NCBI GenBank assembly: GCA_964016885.1
Contig: OZ024741.1
Location: forward strand, 156,612,001 to 156,676,000
Direction of reading: 5' to 3'
Source: Eledone cirrhosa
Lineage: Eukaryota
DNA: 64,000 nucleotides
The notes beneath the pieces were generated by a model. The model had not been told where the DNA came from. It saw nothing but the letters and a program-made list of their open reading frames with translations, and did not search any database. A program made the position numbers and the translations under genes. The stretch's first letter is position 1; each line of letters starts with the position of its first letter. Positions 40,951-54,961 of this stretch are shown piece after piece.

Positions 40951-41171
40951 ATATATAAACAACTATCTGGTTGTGGAACCAACCAACCAGAAATTTATAA
41001 ATTTATAAATTTATTATAAATTTATTATAATAAATTGAAGTGAAAGCAACTGGTGCGTGTGTTTCTTATTGGCAACATGACCCTCCCAAAGTATAACAAT
41101 ATCGGTTTCAACAAACGATTTCAGATAAAGAATCTTGCTAAACAAATTCAGAAACGAAATATATATATATA

Positions 41172-41958
41172 TAATTGGAAATTTAGTAAAATCGAATCTC
41201 TGGCGGTTTGCAAGTAAATTCGGCCTACTTATATGAAATGATGAGTTAGAACAGCACTCGATAAGTTAGGTCCTTAGAGTAATAACATACGTTTAAATGG
41301 CTTGACAAATCGAACATTGTGGTAGGCAAATCTAACACACAATATATACCAAAGTAATGATAGAACTAACAGGTTGAGAAAAATACACCTGGACAAATCA
41401 AACGATTAATTCTTTAAAGTGTTTCTTTGAATCCGAAATCAAATATCAGACTTACGTGACTGGCAAGCTCGTGGTATTCATGATCGAACGGAGGATTCAG
41501 TTTTTCAACAGGCTTTTCGTTCTACCCAGGACTGGTGTGATAGGCTAAATGTTGCTGCTAAATGCAGCGTATCGTATCTATGGCTGTCACGTGTTAATTC
41601 CAGCAAGGGAAATAACCCCCGGTTTTTGGCGGGTCATTCAAAATGTTAGACAAAGGAAATATTTTAATTACCGCTAATCATCATGATAAGCTTTCAACTA
41701 GATGTTATAAAACAAACACAAATAATTAACCAATCAACAGAATTGTCTAATTAAATTAATTAGTTAATTATTAAATCTAGGAGAATAATATAATTGGAAA
41801 TTTAGTAAAATCAAATCTCTGGCGGTTTGCAAGTAAATTCGACCTACTTATATAAGTGTCCAGGTGTATTTTACTCAGCCTGTTAGTTCTATCGTTACTT
41901 TGGTATAGTATTGTGTGTTAGATTTGCTTACCACAATGTTAGATTTGTCAAGCTATTT
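41172..41958. mobile_element. Non-coding element with direct and inverted terminal segments (pLTR-like)
   Basis: 41172-41232 is repeated at 41791-41851. 41295-41395 is inverted at 41857-41958. (TA)n flanks. Confidence 0.6.
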
Positions 41959-41962
41959 AAAC

Positions 41963-42080
<118 letters not shown>

Positions 42081-42164
42081 TGTATGTCTGTGTGTGCGCG
42101 TGTGTGTGTGTTTGTGTGTGTGAGAGAGAAAGAGAGAGAGAGACAGAGTGAGTGTGTGTCTGTT

Positions 42165-42243
<79 letters not shown>

Positions 42244-43084
42244 CCATAAAAGCCGAGATATGCTATAAAGCCAGACATTGAAGAAAAAAAGAATCACCGA
42301 AAATAGCCACTTCAGTGAGAAACACGATTTCGGAAATAATTATTTTCCAGCTTTAAAATAGATAGTTAATGTAAACAATAATAGGATATAGTTTAACACA
42401 ATAACATTTAGAGCTATGGTATTACAAAACTACACCATATAATTTTAGATGTCCTCGGTTTCCGCACCTCCGTTTTCCTTAGCAAAACCTAGAAGAATGC
42501 ATCTTCCCTGTAGACAGGGCCTCATAGAATAGAATGGCTGTCTGTTCTGTGTAGGAATACCTTCACCGTCTTCTCCGCTGGTGCTGCTAAGATATCCTTC
42601 ACAGCCAAAAGAGTAAATATTGCCCTCTTCCCTCTTTTATATTCTACAATTCCTCCCCCTCTGTGATTTTTCTCTCTCCCTATATGTTATTCTAATTTTT
42701 TTAATATATTCATTACAATACGTCCATTTCAGTATAATACTATCAGTGAATGGATATATAAGCCCATCGACTTCATATTTCATTGTAGATTTGGATGATA
42801 TTCACGTCTTCTGAGGGACAAATGATATCCTATAATCGATTAAAGAAGCTTATCACTTTTTCAATTTACACGGACATAAATTCGTACTTTCTGGCATGTT
42901 TACATCCTACATATTAAATAAATTCAAATTTTTATACACATTAGTGCTGTTTCGTTTAAACACTCTATGTATATAGATATAACTTGGTTATACACATAAC
43001 CTGCTAGCAAACATCTTAATAAATATGTATGTTTGTGTGCGTGTGTGCGCGCGTGCATTTGGGTTGGGGCATCTGAGTCTCCGT

Positions 43085-43270
43085 CAGGCATGTCAAACTG
43101 AGAGTTCCCCAAGAGCCACGTGGGTCACATATGTATTGTCTGAGGGCCACACATGATAACTAATTGCGCACATTACAACTAATTTATTTTATTTTATTAC
43201 GGAGATAAAACATGCTCGCGCTGTAAAAAACCTTTGCGCGGGCCGCAGGTTTGCATGTTTGATACGCCTG
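43085..43270. mobile_element. hAT (Charlie-like) MITE
   Basis: TIRs caggcatgtcaaac / gtttgatacgcctg. Exact 8-bp TSD gtctccgt at 43077-43084 and 43271-43278. Confidence 0.9.
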
Positions 43271-43924
43271 GTCTCCGTGATTATTTTTTTTATGTCTAGT
43301 AATTTAATGATTCGACAATGATGAAACCGATAAAATAAGTAGCAGACTTGAAAAATAAATATTGGTATCAATGATATCGACCAAAATCTCTTTAAACCAG
43401 TGACCCAACATAGATGTATTTTAATGTAAAGAACGTAGCGATTTAACATGGGGATCTAACACTAATAGACTGGTACAAGAATCGTCTATGGTAAGGTAGT
43501 CCGAGCTATTAGTTTTAGCATTAAATCACTATTCTTTTATTCATTTACTGGTTTCTTCCATTAGACTGTGGCCATGCTTGACTGTGGCCATTTCATTGAA
43601 GGGGTTTTATATGATCACATCGACTCATGTATTATACAGATTTGGTATTTGTATATATTTACATGTATTATGTGTAAAATAATTATGAATAACAAAATTT
43701 TCAAGAAGTCCAGTAATTAACCTGGATTCTCTAAAGTTTTGATTCCCAATTTTAAACACCGTGGAGAGCTTTGATGTCACCAACGGTGCATTGCTTGTGA
43801 ATATATGTGTTCGCTATTAGTTTCCAGCATTTACACAAGACCACACATATCGAACGGAATAATAGATTAAAGTTTAGCCAGCACTTGACTATTCTAAGTC
43901 TAAGTCTAAAGTCTGTCTTAAGCC

Positions 43925-44140
43925 AGAATGCTCGTTAGGCTGGTGTTTATCCCGGTTTCATGGCGTGAAGCGACTGAGAGTACAAAACTTCCCCCTGGAC
44001 AGGATGCCATTCCATGGCAGGATTAAATCCCCAGATATTGCTGCTTCACATTTTCAGCTGAGTAAACTGGAGCAACGTGAAATGAAGTGATTTACTCAAG
44101 AACACAACACAAAACCCAGCCCAGTAATCGAACCCTTGAC
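43925..44140 (-). mobile_element. CORE-like tRNA-derived SINE
   Basis: Minus-strand ggttcgatt B box, then CORE-like ttcttgagtaaatcacttcatttcac. Confidence 0.6.
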
Positions 44141-44666
44141 ATTATTATCCCTGGAAACGATGAATGGAAAAATTGTCATCGGTGGGAGTGGCATTTGAAC
44201 TAGGAATGTTTCCCTTTCGGGAATAAATGTTGGTTTCTAATTGAGGCACAAGTCAGGAAATCTGAGGGAGGGGCAAAGTTAATTAAATCAACCCCAGTAG
44301 ATGAATGGATTTTATGTTATTCATCTGGAAGGATGACAGGCAATGTAAACCTCATTGAGTTTAAAAGTGAGTATGTAAAGAGGAAGAACATACAATGCAA
44401 TATCATATTTACCAATGATCTAACAATTGTGCCAATCCATTTCCCTTGTGATTAAATATTGCTAAACAACCGTAGTTATACACTATTCTTCCTACCAGGT
44501 GAAACTATGTTTTTACAGTTGACACCTATGCAAATTTAGTTTATGTTTGAAGTTGTATTTCATAGGAAGTTTCTCGGTGTTTTAATGATAAGGAGGCATG
44601 AAATGCATACACGCACGTATATACACATATACAAATAAACATATATATGTATATATATATATAAAC

Positions 44667-44794
<128 letters not shown>

Positions 44795-45522
44795 GTGTGT
44801 GTGTGTATCTTTCTGTCTGTGTGTCTGCATGTCATGTATAGAAAGGTTAAACAGCTATGTTGCCAAGCATGAGATAATCGACAATGCAGATACTCACTAA
44901 CTCATCTACTCAAAAATAAATAAAGACCTTTTTTTTTTTTCATTTACGAAGAGCCGCCATTTTATATTAAGAGAAGATTTCCCCCGGTTCCGTGACAAAC
45001 ATTAGCGCTAGCTCTAAAACCCGTTAATAATGGCAATATTTAGCAGCTATAAACCGATAATTTTACCCGTTATGCTAATGCGAAAGTCTTGTTGGATTCT
45101 TATATATATATATATATATATACAGAAATATATATATGTGTGTATATATTTACATATACATATATATGTGTGTGTGTATGTATATTTATGTACATATACA
45201 TATATATGTAAATATATGTATACATATATATATTGACATATATATACATTATATGTATATATATATATATATATATATGCACCCATCCACCCACACTCAC
45301 ATCGACATATATATAAAGAGGGAGAGGGAGAGGGGAGAGATGGGAGGGGAGAATCCTGATTCAGAATAGGTTGTTTTATCAGTTTTCCTTTACCTTGTTC
45401 CAAGAGGAATTGGGCAACATTAAATCTTAGTTACTAATCTAGATAGAAACTCACTCTAGCTATTATGTATATTATATAATAACGTAGAATATACCGACAT
45501 AGTTGGTCGGTTGAATAAGCTA

Positions 45523-45712
45523 AATAATTGTTTCTACTTTTGGCACAAGGCCAGCAATTACCGCAGTCCATTACTGATACTTTATTTTATCGACCCCGTA
45601 AGGATGAAAGACAAAGTTAACCTTGGCGGGATTTGAACTGAGACCGTAAAGGGCCGTAACTCTGTGCTGCAAAGCATGGCGTCCGACCCTCTACCGATAC
45701 TGCCAATCCATG
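45523..45712 (-). mobile_element. tRNA-derived SINE, family A
   Basis: Near full-length match. Confidence 0.85.
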
Positions 45713-45952
45713 CCAGTGAATTTCCTATTGACTACAATAGTGCTAATAACTATTGTCAGGATAAATAGACGTGAAGCCGCGTGGCTTATCAGTTATGGGT
45801 GTTCGCGTCACAATCGCGAATTTGTGTTTTCGGTTCCTGGTAACGCGTTAAGTCCCTAAGCACTATACTTTATTTTAGATTCTCCGGTCCACTCACAAAT
45901 TACACAAACTACACCTCCACTCACACACAAATATATATGTATATATATAGAT

Positions 45953-46090
45953 ATAGAAATGGCTTCTACAGGACTAGAACTGTTTCATTCGGGAGAAATC
46001 ATCAGTCCTAGTCCTGTAGAAGCCATTTCTATATTAAATATTTATACTCTGCAATGTATTAAGTACCTCACTTACTGTGGTTACCCCGGG
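45953..46090. mobile_element. Short fold-back pLTR end with hammerhead core on the minus strand (45962-46005)
   Basis: Minus strand reads CTGATGA-tttctcccgaat-GAAA-cag..ctg-TA-gaagc. Inverted arms gaaatggcttctacaggactag / ctagtcctgtagaagccatttc. Confidence 0.7.
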
Positions 46091-46575
46091 ATATACTTAT
46101 ATATATATACATATATATATGTGTGTGTGTGTATGTGTAGGCCGGACCTCTGCACTTTCCACCGACGAAATTCCAATCACTAATAAAAGAGATATAAAAG
46201 AGAGATGTTTGTTGGTTGGTTCCTTTGCGTATCACACGAAAAAAAAACGAAGTGACAATCGGAAAGTATGTACAGGATTGGGATAAGAGTATATCCAGGA
46301 AAGTTTATTGATACTAATTTTATAACACCAAAGAAGAAGAACGACATACCACGTATGCTAACCAGCCTGACTGCTATTTCTAGCAGGTTGGGAATCAACC
46401 ATAAGGGATTCTCTCTCGAGTTCGTTATCAGTGATGATCGTGTTTCGCGGCTTATGACTCCGATTCCAACGGTGGTTTACACACACTCACACGCACACAC
46501 TCACACTCACACATGCACACACACGAACACTCACACATGCACACACATACACATATATATATACACACACACACT

Positions 46576-46607
<32 letters not shown>

Positions 46608-46834
46608 CACAAACACACACAAACATACGCACACACAATACACACACTGTAAACAAGACAATGCATTCAATACAGACGTTTTCTCTTCTGCCGGTCTTCT
46701 CTTATCATTTGTTAACCCTGGCGAAGCTGGGTACCTCAGCTAGTATATATATATATATAAATATATATATAAATATATATTGGGTGTGAAAATAATGGAA
46801 TCAAATTCCCATTGTCACTGCCTCTGTCTCTCTC

Positions 46835-46970
46835 GCTCTCTCCATTTCTCACTATTATCAGCAAATGAGGGCCCACGTGTTTGACGCCCCGCGGCCCCGG
46901 CGGACCGAATAGAGAAAGTGTTTCCCCGGAGGATGGTCAGGGAGACGCGTTGGAAGAGCCATTCCTGCAC
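46835..46970 (-). mobile_element. 3'-terminal fragment of another CRE-like LINE
   Basis: WLFQRVSLTILRGNTFSI parallels SLAIVRGNA in the 31745-33010 element. Confidence 0.6.
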
Positions 46971-47038
46971 GAGATTACTGATTATAGTAAACTTCTCAGC
47001 GTGTTGCCAAACATTTACCCTCAAGTAATCATAACTCC

Positions 47039-50000
47039 AGTGGTAGTGCTGGTGCCATGAAAACATGCATCCAGTCCGTTCTGCATAGTGGTAGTGCTGG
47101 TGCCATGAAAACATGCATCCAGTCCGTTCTGCATAGTGGTAGTGTTGGTGCCATGAAAACATGCATCCAGTCCGTTCTGCATAGTGGTAGTGTTGGTGCC
47201 ATGAAAACATGCATCCAGTCCGTTCTGCATAGTGGTAGTGCTGGTGCCATGAAAACATGCATCCAGTCCGTTCTGCATAGTGGTAGTGCTGGTGCCATGA
47301 AAACATGCATCCAGTCCGTTCTGCATAGTGGTAGTGCTGGTGCCATGAAAACATGCATCCAGTCCGTTCTGCATAGTGGTAGTGTTGGTGCCATGAAAAC
47401 ATGCATCCAGTCCGTTCTGCATAGTGGTAGTGTTGGTGCCATGAAAACATGCATCCAGTCCGTTCTGCATAGTGGTAGTGCTGGTGCCATGAAAACATGC
47501 ATCCAGTCCGTTCTGCATAGTGGTAGTGCTGGTGCCATGAAAACATGCATCCAGTCCGTTCTGCATAGTGGTAGTGCTGGTGCCATGAAAACATGCATCC
47601 AGTCCGTTCTGCATAGTGGTAGTGTTGGTGCCATGAAAACATGCATCCAGTCCGTTCTGCATAGTGGTAGTGTTGGTGCCATGAAAACATGCATCCAGTC
47701 CGTTCTGCATAGTGGTAGTGCTGGTGCCATGAAAACATGCATCCAGTCCGTTCTGCATAGTGGTAGTGTTGGTGCCATGAAAACATGCATCCAGTCCGTT
47801 CTGCATAGTGGTAGTGTTGGTGCCATGAAAACATGCATCCAGTCCGTTCTGCATAGTGGTAGTGCTGGTGCCATGAAAACATGCATCCAGTCCGTTCTGC
47901 ATAGTGGTAGTGCTGGTGCCATGAAAACATGCATCCAGTCCGTTCTGCATAGTGGTAGTGTTGGTGCCATGAAAACATGCATCCAGTCCGTTCTGCATAG
48001 TGGTAGTGTTGGTGCCATGAAAACATGCATCCAGTCCGTTCTGCATAGTGGTAGTGTTGGTGCCATGAAAATATGCATCCAGTCCGTTCTGCATAGTGGT
48101 AGTGCTGGTGCCATGAAAACATGCATCCAGTCCGTTCTGCATAGTGGTAGTGTTGGTGCCATGAAAACATGCATCCAGTCCGTTCTGCATAGTGGTAGTG
48201 TTGGTGCCATGAAAACATGCATCCAGTCCGTTCTGCATAGTGGTAGTGTTGGTGCCATGAAAATATGCATCCAGTCCGTTCTGCATAGTGGTAGTGCTGG
48301 TGCCATGAAAACATGCATCCAGTCCGTTCTGCATAGTGGTAGTGTTGGTGCCATGAAAACATGCATCCAGTCCGTTCTGCATAGTGGTAGTGCTGGTGCC
48401 ATGAAAACATGCATCCAGTCCGTTCTGCATAGTGGTAGTGCTGGTGCCATGAAAACATGCATCCAGTCCGTTCTGCATAGTGGTAGTGTTGGTGCCATGA
48501 AAACATGCATCCAGTCCGTTCTGCATAGTGGTAATGTTGGTGCCATGAAAACATGCATCCAGTCCGTTCTGCATAGTGGTAGTGCTGGTGCCATGAAAAC
48601 ATGCATCCAGTCCGTTCTGCATAGTGGTAGTGCTGGTGCCATGAAAACATGCATCCAGTCCGTTCTGCATAGTGGTAGTGTTGGTGCCATGAAAACATGC
48701 ATCCAGTCCGTTCTGCATAGTGGTAGTGTTGGTGCCATGAAAACATGCATCCAGTCCGTTCTGCATAGTGGTAGTGTTGGTGCCATGAAAATATGCATCC
48801 AGTCCGTTCTGCATAGTGGTAGTGCTGGTGCCATGAAAACATGCATCCAGTCCGTTCTGCATAGTGGTAGTGTTGGTGCCATGAAAACATGCATCCAGTC
48901 CGTTCTGCATAGTGGTAGTGTTGGTGCCATGAAAACATGCATCCAGTCCGTTCTGCATAGTGGTAGTGTTGGTGCCATGAAAATATGCATCCAGTCCGTT
49001 CTGCATAGTGGTAGTGCTGGTGCCATGAAAACATGCATCCAGTCCGTTCTGCATAGTGGTAGTGTTGGTGCCATGAAAACATGCATCCAGTCCGTTCTGC
49101 ATAGTGGTAGTGCTGGTGCCATGAAAACATGCATCCAGTCCGTTCTGCATAGTGGTAGTGCTGGTGCCATGAAAACATGCATCCAGTCCGTTCTGCATAG
49201 TGGTAGTGTTGGTGCCATGAAAACATGCATCCAGTTCGTTCTGCATAGTGGTAGTGCTGGTGCCATGAAAACATGCATCCAGTCCGTTCTGCATAGTGGT
49301 AGTGCTGGTGCCATGAAAACATGCATCCAGTCCGTTCTGCATAGTGGTAGTGCTGGTGCCATGAAAACATGCATCCAGTCCGTTCTGCATAGTGGTAGTG
49401 TTGGTGCCATGAAAACATGCATCCAGTCCGTTCTGCATAGTGGTAGTGCTGGTGCCATGAAAACATGCATCCAGTCCGTTCTGCATAGTGCTGGTGCCAT
49501 GAAAACATGCATCCAGTCCGTTCTGCATAGTGTTAGTGCTGGTGCCATGAAAACATGCATCCAGTCCGTTCTGCATAGTGGTAGTGCTGGTGCCATGAAA
49601 ACATGCATCCAGTCCGTTCTGCATAGTGGTAGTGCTGGTGCCATGAAAACTTGCATCCAGTCCGTTCTGCATAGTGGTAGTGCTGGTGCCATGAAAACAT
49701 GCATCCAGTCCGTTCTGCATAGTGGTAGTGTTGGTGCCATGAAAACATGCATCCAGTCCGTTCTGCATAGTGGTAGTGTTGGTGCCATGAAAACATGCAT
49801 CCAGTCCGTTCTGCATAGTGGTAGTGCTGGTGCCATGAAAACATGCATCCAGTCCGTTCTGCATAGTGGTAGTGCTGGTGCCATGAAAACATGCATCCAG
49901 TCCGTTCTGCATAGTGGTAATGCTGGTGCCATGAAAACATGCATCCAGTCCGTTCTGCATAGTGGTAGTGTTGGTGCCATGAAAACATGCATCCAGTCCG

Positions 50001-51470
50001 TTCTGCATAGTGGTAGTGTTGGTGCCATGAAAACATGCATCCAGTCCGTTCTGCATAGTGGTAGTGCTGGTGCCATGAAAACATGCATCCAGTCCGTTCT
50101 GCATAGTGGTAGTGCTGGTGCCATGAAAACATGCATCCAGTCCGTTCTGCATAGTGGTAGTGTTGGTGCCATGAAAACATGCATCCAGTCCGTTCTGCAT
50201 AGTGGTAGTGCTGGTGCCATGAAAACATGCATCCAGTCCGTTCTGCATAGTGGTAATGCTGGTGCCATGAAAACATGCATCCAGTCCGTTCTGCATAGTG
50301 GTAGTGCTGGTGCCATGAAAACATGCATCCAGTCCGTTCTGCATAGTGGTAGTGCTGGTGCCATGAAAACATGCATCCAGTCCGTTCTGCATAGTGGTAG
50401 TGTTGGTGCCATGAAAACATGCATCCAGTCCGTTCTGCATAGTGGTAATGCTGGTGCCATGAAAACATGCATCCAGTCCGTTCTGCATAGTGGTAGTGCT
50501 GGTGCCATGAAAACATGCATCCAGTCCGTTCTGCATAGTGGTAGTGCTGGTGCCATGAAAACATGCATCCAGTCCGTTCTGCATAGTGGTAGTGTTGGTG
50601 CCATGAAAACATGCATCCAGTCCGTTCTGCATAGTGGTAGTGTTGTTGCCATGAAAACATGCATCCAGTCCGTTCTGCATAGTGGTAATGCTGGTGCCAT
50701 GAAAACATGCATCCAGTCCGTTCTGCATAGTGGTAATGCTGGTGCCATGAAAACATGCATCCAGTCCGTTCTGCATAGTGGTAATGCTGGTGCCATGAAA
50801 ACATGCATCCAGTCCGTTCTGCATAGTGGTAGTGCTGGTGCCATGAAAACATGCATCCAGTCCGTTCTGCAAAGTGGTAGTGCTGGTGCCATGAAAACAT
50901 GCATCCAGTCCGTTCTGCATAGTGGTAGTGTTGGTGCCATGAAAACATGCATCCAGTCCGTTCTGCATAGTGGTAGTGTTGGTGCCATGAAAACATGCAT
51001 CCAGTCCGTTCTGCATAGTGGTAGTGCTGGTGCCATGAAAACATGGATCCAGTCCGTTCTGCATAGTGGTAGTGTTGGTGCCATAAAAACATGCATCCAG
51101 TCCGTTCTTCATAGTAGTAGTGCTGGTGCCATGAAAACATGCATCCAGTCCGTTCTGCATAGTGGTAATGCTGGTGCCATGAAAACATGCATCCAGTCCG
51201 TTCTGCATAGTGGTAATGCTGGTGCCATGAAAACATGCATCCAGTCCGTTCTGCATAGTGGTAGTGCTGGTGCCATGAAAACATGCATCCAGTCCGTTCT
51301 GCATAGTGGTAGTGCTGGTGCCATGAAAACATGCATCCAGTCCGTTCTGCATAGTGGTAGTGTTGGTGCCATGAAAACATGCATCCAGTCCGTTCTGCAT
51401 AGTGGTAGTGCTGGTGCCATGAAAACATGCATCCAGTCCGTTCTGCATAGTGGTAGTGTTGGTGCCATGA
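47039..51470. repeat. 48-bp minisatellite, about 92 copies
   Basis: Unit agtggtagtgYtggtgccatgaaaacatgcatccagtccgttctgcat. One unit lacks 6 bp near 49488. Degenerate units continue to about 51590. Confidence 0.98.
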
Positions 51471-51603
51471 AGAAATGCACTTAGTGCACTATGTAAAGCA
51501 GTTGTAGTGGTGCCATAAAAAAACCACATCCTGTAAAGCGACAGTGGTGGTGACATGAAAGAATGTGCCCAAAGCATTCTGTTTAATGGAAAGTTACACA
51601 ATA

Positions 51604-51692
<89 letters not shown>

Positions 51693-52321
51693 TGGGGTAT
51701 GCATACTAGCAAACAGGAAAATCGTCCTTCTGGTGATATTCTACTAGTGTATATAACTGTGTTGTCTAATGTATCTCTCAATGTATAGAATTGAATGAAA
51801 AGAGAAAATTACATTTTTGGCAAGCAAATGACATGACCCCACACCAATATATTTCGTCTTAGTGTTTATTTAGTATAATGACATTTATTCTCTACAAATG
51901 TGTGACACCCACTCCAACCTAATTAAACAAAAGTGGTATATGAATCAGTAAAAAGTAGAGAAATGATTAATATAGCCCAGAACACCACCTTCGATAAGAT
52001 TCGGACGCGTGCCAATTTTCAAAATGAATTCTTTTTTCTTTTTTCGTTCGTGTTTTATCGACTCTCAGATACTCCATAGCCTCTAATCTTAGGCGCTCAG
52101 TCTACCGAATGGCTTATAATTATAATGCAAAATCTCTTTCGTGACGAGAGAACGATACAAACTTGCAGTTCATATTTGGTTTTGTAATTTATTTACTTTA
52201 ATACTTAAGAACAATACTTATATTTGCCGCCATTGTTGTCGTGGGAAGCACACTATCTGTATGTAGGGGAGTATATAAGCCATAAGGTTCTGTGGACACA
52301 CGCACATAAATTCGCGTTCAT

Positions 52322-52735
52322 TATTAGAGAATTAGCAGTATCGGTAGAGGGTCGGACGCCATGCTTTGCAGCATAGAGTTACGGCCCTTTATGATCTGGG
52401 TTTAAATCCCGTCGAGGTTAACTTTGCCTTTCATCCTTACGGGGTCGATAAAATAAAGTACCAGTCACGCACTGGGGTCGATTTATTCGACTTTCACCTC
52501 CCCCCAAAGTTGCTGGCCTTGTGCCTATATTAGAAACAATTATTAGAGAATTAGCAGTATCGGTAGAGGGTTGGATGCCATGGTTTTCAGCATAGAGTTA
52601 CGGCCCTTTATGGTCTAAGTTCAAATCCCACCGAAGTTAACTTTGCCATTCATCCTTAAGTGGTCGATAAAATAAAGCACATGTAATGAACTGGAATAAT
52701 TGCTGGCCTTGTGCCAATAGTAGAAACAATTATTA
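52322..52735 (+). mobile_element. Tandem pair of family A SINEs
   Basis: Two consecutive copies, each starting attagagaattagcagtatcggtagaggg. Confidence 0.85.
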
Positions 52736-53550
52736 GAGACACATTTTCTTTTTACAACATAAATTTTCAGCCATAGCTGGCATAAATATTTCCCTTCTCA
52801 TTAAATGTTTTTTGTGTTTCTCTATTCTAATTCGCAATCATTTTATCTAGCTGCCTGGAATCTTATATAAATGCCTTTGCCATAGCATCGGGTTGACCCA
52901 AACCTTGTGTGTGAAATAGCCTAGATGGAAACTGTTTGGAAACCAGCTGCCCAGATGGATTATACTTGTAATTCAAAAGCCCAGTCTTGTGACGTATTAC
53001 ATTACATTGATTCTGCCTTAGAATTACCTTAAAGGCACAGGTGTATGTGGAATGCTCGCTTATACTACAATTCACGAATGGTTGCATTTGTAATTCAAAA
53101 GTCCATCCTTTTCACATATATGCCACGCTAAATCTGAGAATTACATTTAAGAGTACACGTGTTTGCGAAATACTCTGTTCAATATTTGGTACATTAATCC
53201 AAGATTCGGACATTCAGTTGATCAAAGAACTGAATAAATATCGTCGGAAGCGATAGAAGATCAATTATATCTATTTTGGTATGTTTAGTAAAGTCTGTTC
53301 TATTTCTATTGAAGAAGGAAGCTGATAACACGTACAAAACTAAATTAATTTAAGCGCTCATTTTTTTCCGTTTTAATGGCTTCTCCATCAAGGTCATTTT
53401 ATCATGTTTCTTATCAAACTTATCATGTTTCCTGTCAGGTCAGTGAGCCAGTTGTTTTCAAATAATTGATGTCTTACATCAGTAAACTTAAAGTTTAACA
53501 TGTTAACTATAGTTACTCTAGCTGTCATTATATTACATCTAGATAGTCGG

Positions 53551-53731
53551 TGGATTGGCAGTATTGGTAGAGGGTCGGACGCCATGCTTTGACGCATAAA
53601 ATTACGGTCCTTGCCATTCTGAGTTCAAATCCCGCCGAGGTTTATTTTACCTTTCATCCTTACGGGGTCGATAAAATAAAGTACCAGTAATGCACTGGGT
53701 AATTGCTGGCCTTGTTCCAAAAGTAGAATCA
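53551..53731 (+). mobile_element. Family A SINE with long TSD
   Basis: attatattacatctagatagtcgg at 53527-53550 and 53732-53755. Confidence 0.9.
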
Positions 53732-53883
53732 ATTATATTACATCTAGATAGTCGGCACCTTTATAATTCATACCAGTAGAATTTCAATTGCCAGGGAAGA
53801 ATGTTATGCAAGGGATGAATTGGAAAGGGGAATGATAGTCTGGGTAGGAATCTGAACTAGGAAAGAATAGTATATATGGGTAG

Positions 53884-54247
53884 ATATCAAATGAAATACC
53901 AATATACCCAACTAGAGTGTATATTGTGTGTATATATTTCAACACTATAGTGTATATTGTATATATCTCAAATGAAATACCAATATACCGAACTATAGTG
54001 TATATTGTGTATACCAAATGAAATACCAACATATTCAACTATAGCGTATATTGTATATATATCACATGAAATACCAATATACCCCACTATAGTCTACATT
54101 GTAGATATATATATATATCGAATGAAATATCAATATACCCTACCATAATGTACATTGTGTATATATCAAATGAAATGTCCTTATTCCTAACTATAGTGTA
54201 TATTTTGTATATATACATCAAATAAAATACGAATATACCCAACTATA
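53884..54247. repeat. Degenerate minisatellite, unit about 50 bp
   Basis: atatcaaatgaaataccaatatacccaactatagtgtatattgt repeated about 7 times. Confidence 0.8.
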
Positions 54248-54573
54248 AGAACGAATATAAACTAGCAGTTCTCCAAAGAACTGTTGCTTCAGAATTGAAC
54301 CCATTTAGTACTATACAATATCATCACCCCTACCAACGCAGCACCATCGCCACCATCATCACGTGACAATCGTTATCATCATCACCAACAACAACACTAC
54401 ATGCTGATTGGTTCATTTTAACCATTTCCGTGGAAATACTTCAACAAGAGAACTTTATAATTGTATCCTGAAGCAAAAATCAACGTGATATAACTAGTGG
54501 ATATACACACACACATATCACACGCACACACGCACACACACACACACACATGCACACACACACACATCACACG

Positions 54574-54642
<69 letters not shown>

Positions 54643-54961
54643 TGAGGGGGAGACATGAAGGGAGAAAGGGCGGGAGGAAGAGAGAGAGCGAGGCTTGAAG
54701 AGGGAATCGATTTTGGAAAATTTAACGTATGTCAGATATAAGTTGATGAGTGATTTCAAGTGGATAGAAGAGGAAAAAGATGAAATAAAGAGCTTATCAG
54801 TGTATCGATAAGCTATATACTCATATATAAGATATCGGACATGGGTGCATAATGGGGGAGTAGAGTGAGAAGAGGTGTCGAAATTATTAATTCAGAATTG
54901 ATAAAGTAACACTTACGTTGTATGCTGTATTTACTCAACATAGTAACTTTACACCCGCATA

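Larger units (their letters stand above)
40113..41160 (+). mobile_element. 3' end of a Penelope-like element (probably Naiad type) with pLTR
   Basis: VMFIDTTPRGELA..KIVERPG, CxxxxCxxC, VVYSIRC..C..YIGET.RS..ER..EH. HHR downstream. (TA)n on both sides. Confidence 0.85.

Noticed and set aside
41237-41273. HHR-like atgatga...gata
   Set aside because: Both core halves are mutated, so it is not supportable.
47039-51470. CRISPR-like array
   Set aside because: There are no unique spacers, no cas genes and the context is eukaryotic.
46815-51781. Very long ORFs (631-1586 aa) in four frames
   Set aside because: These are translations of a stop-poor 48-bp unit on both strands, with flanks running into microsatellite or LINE sequence.
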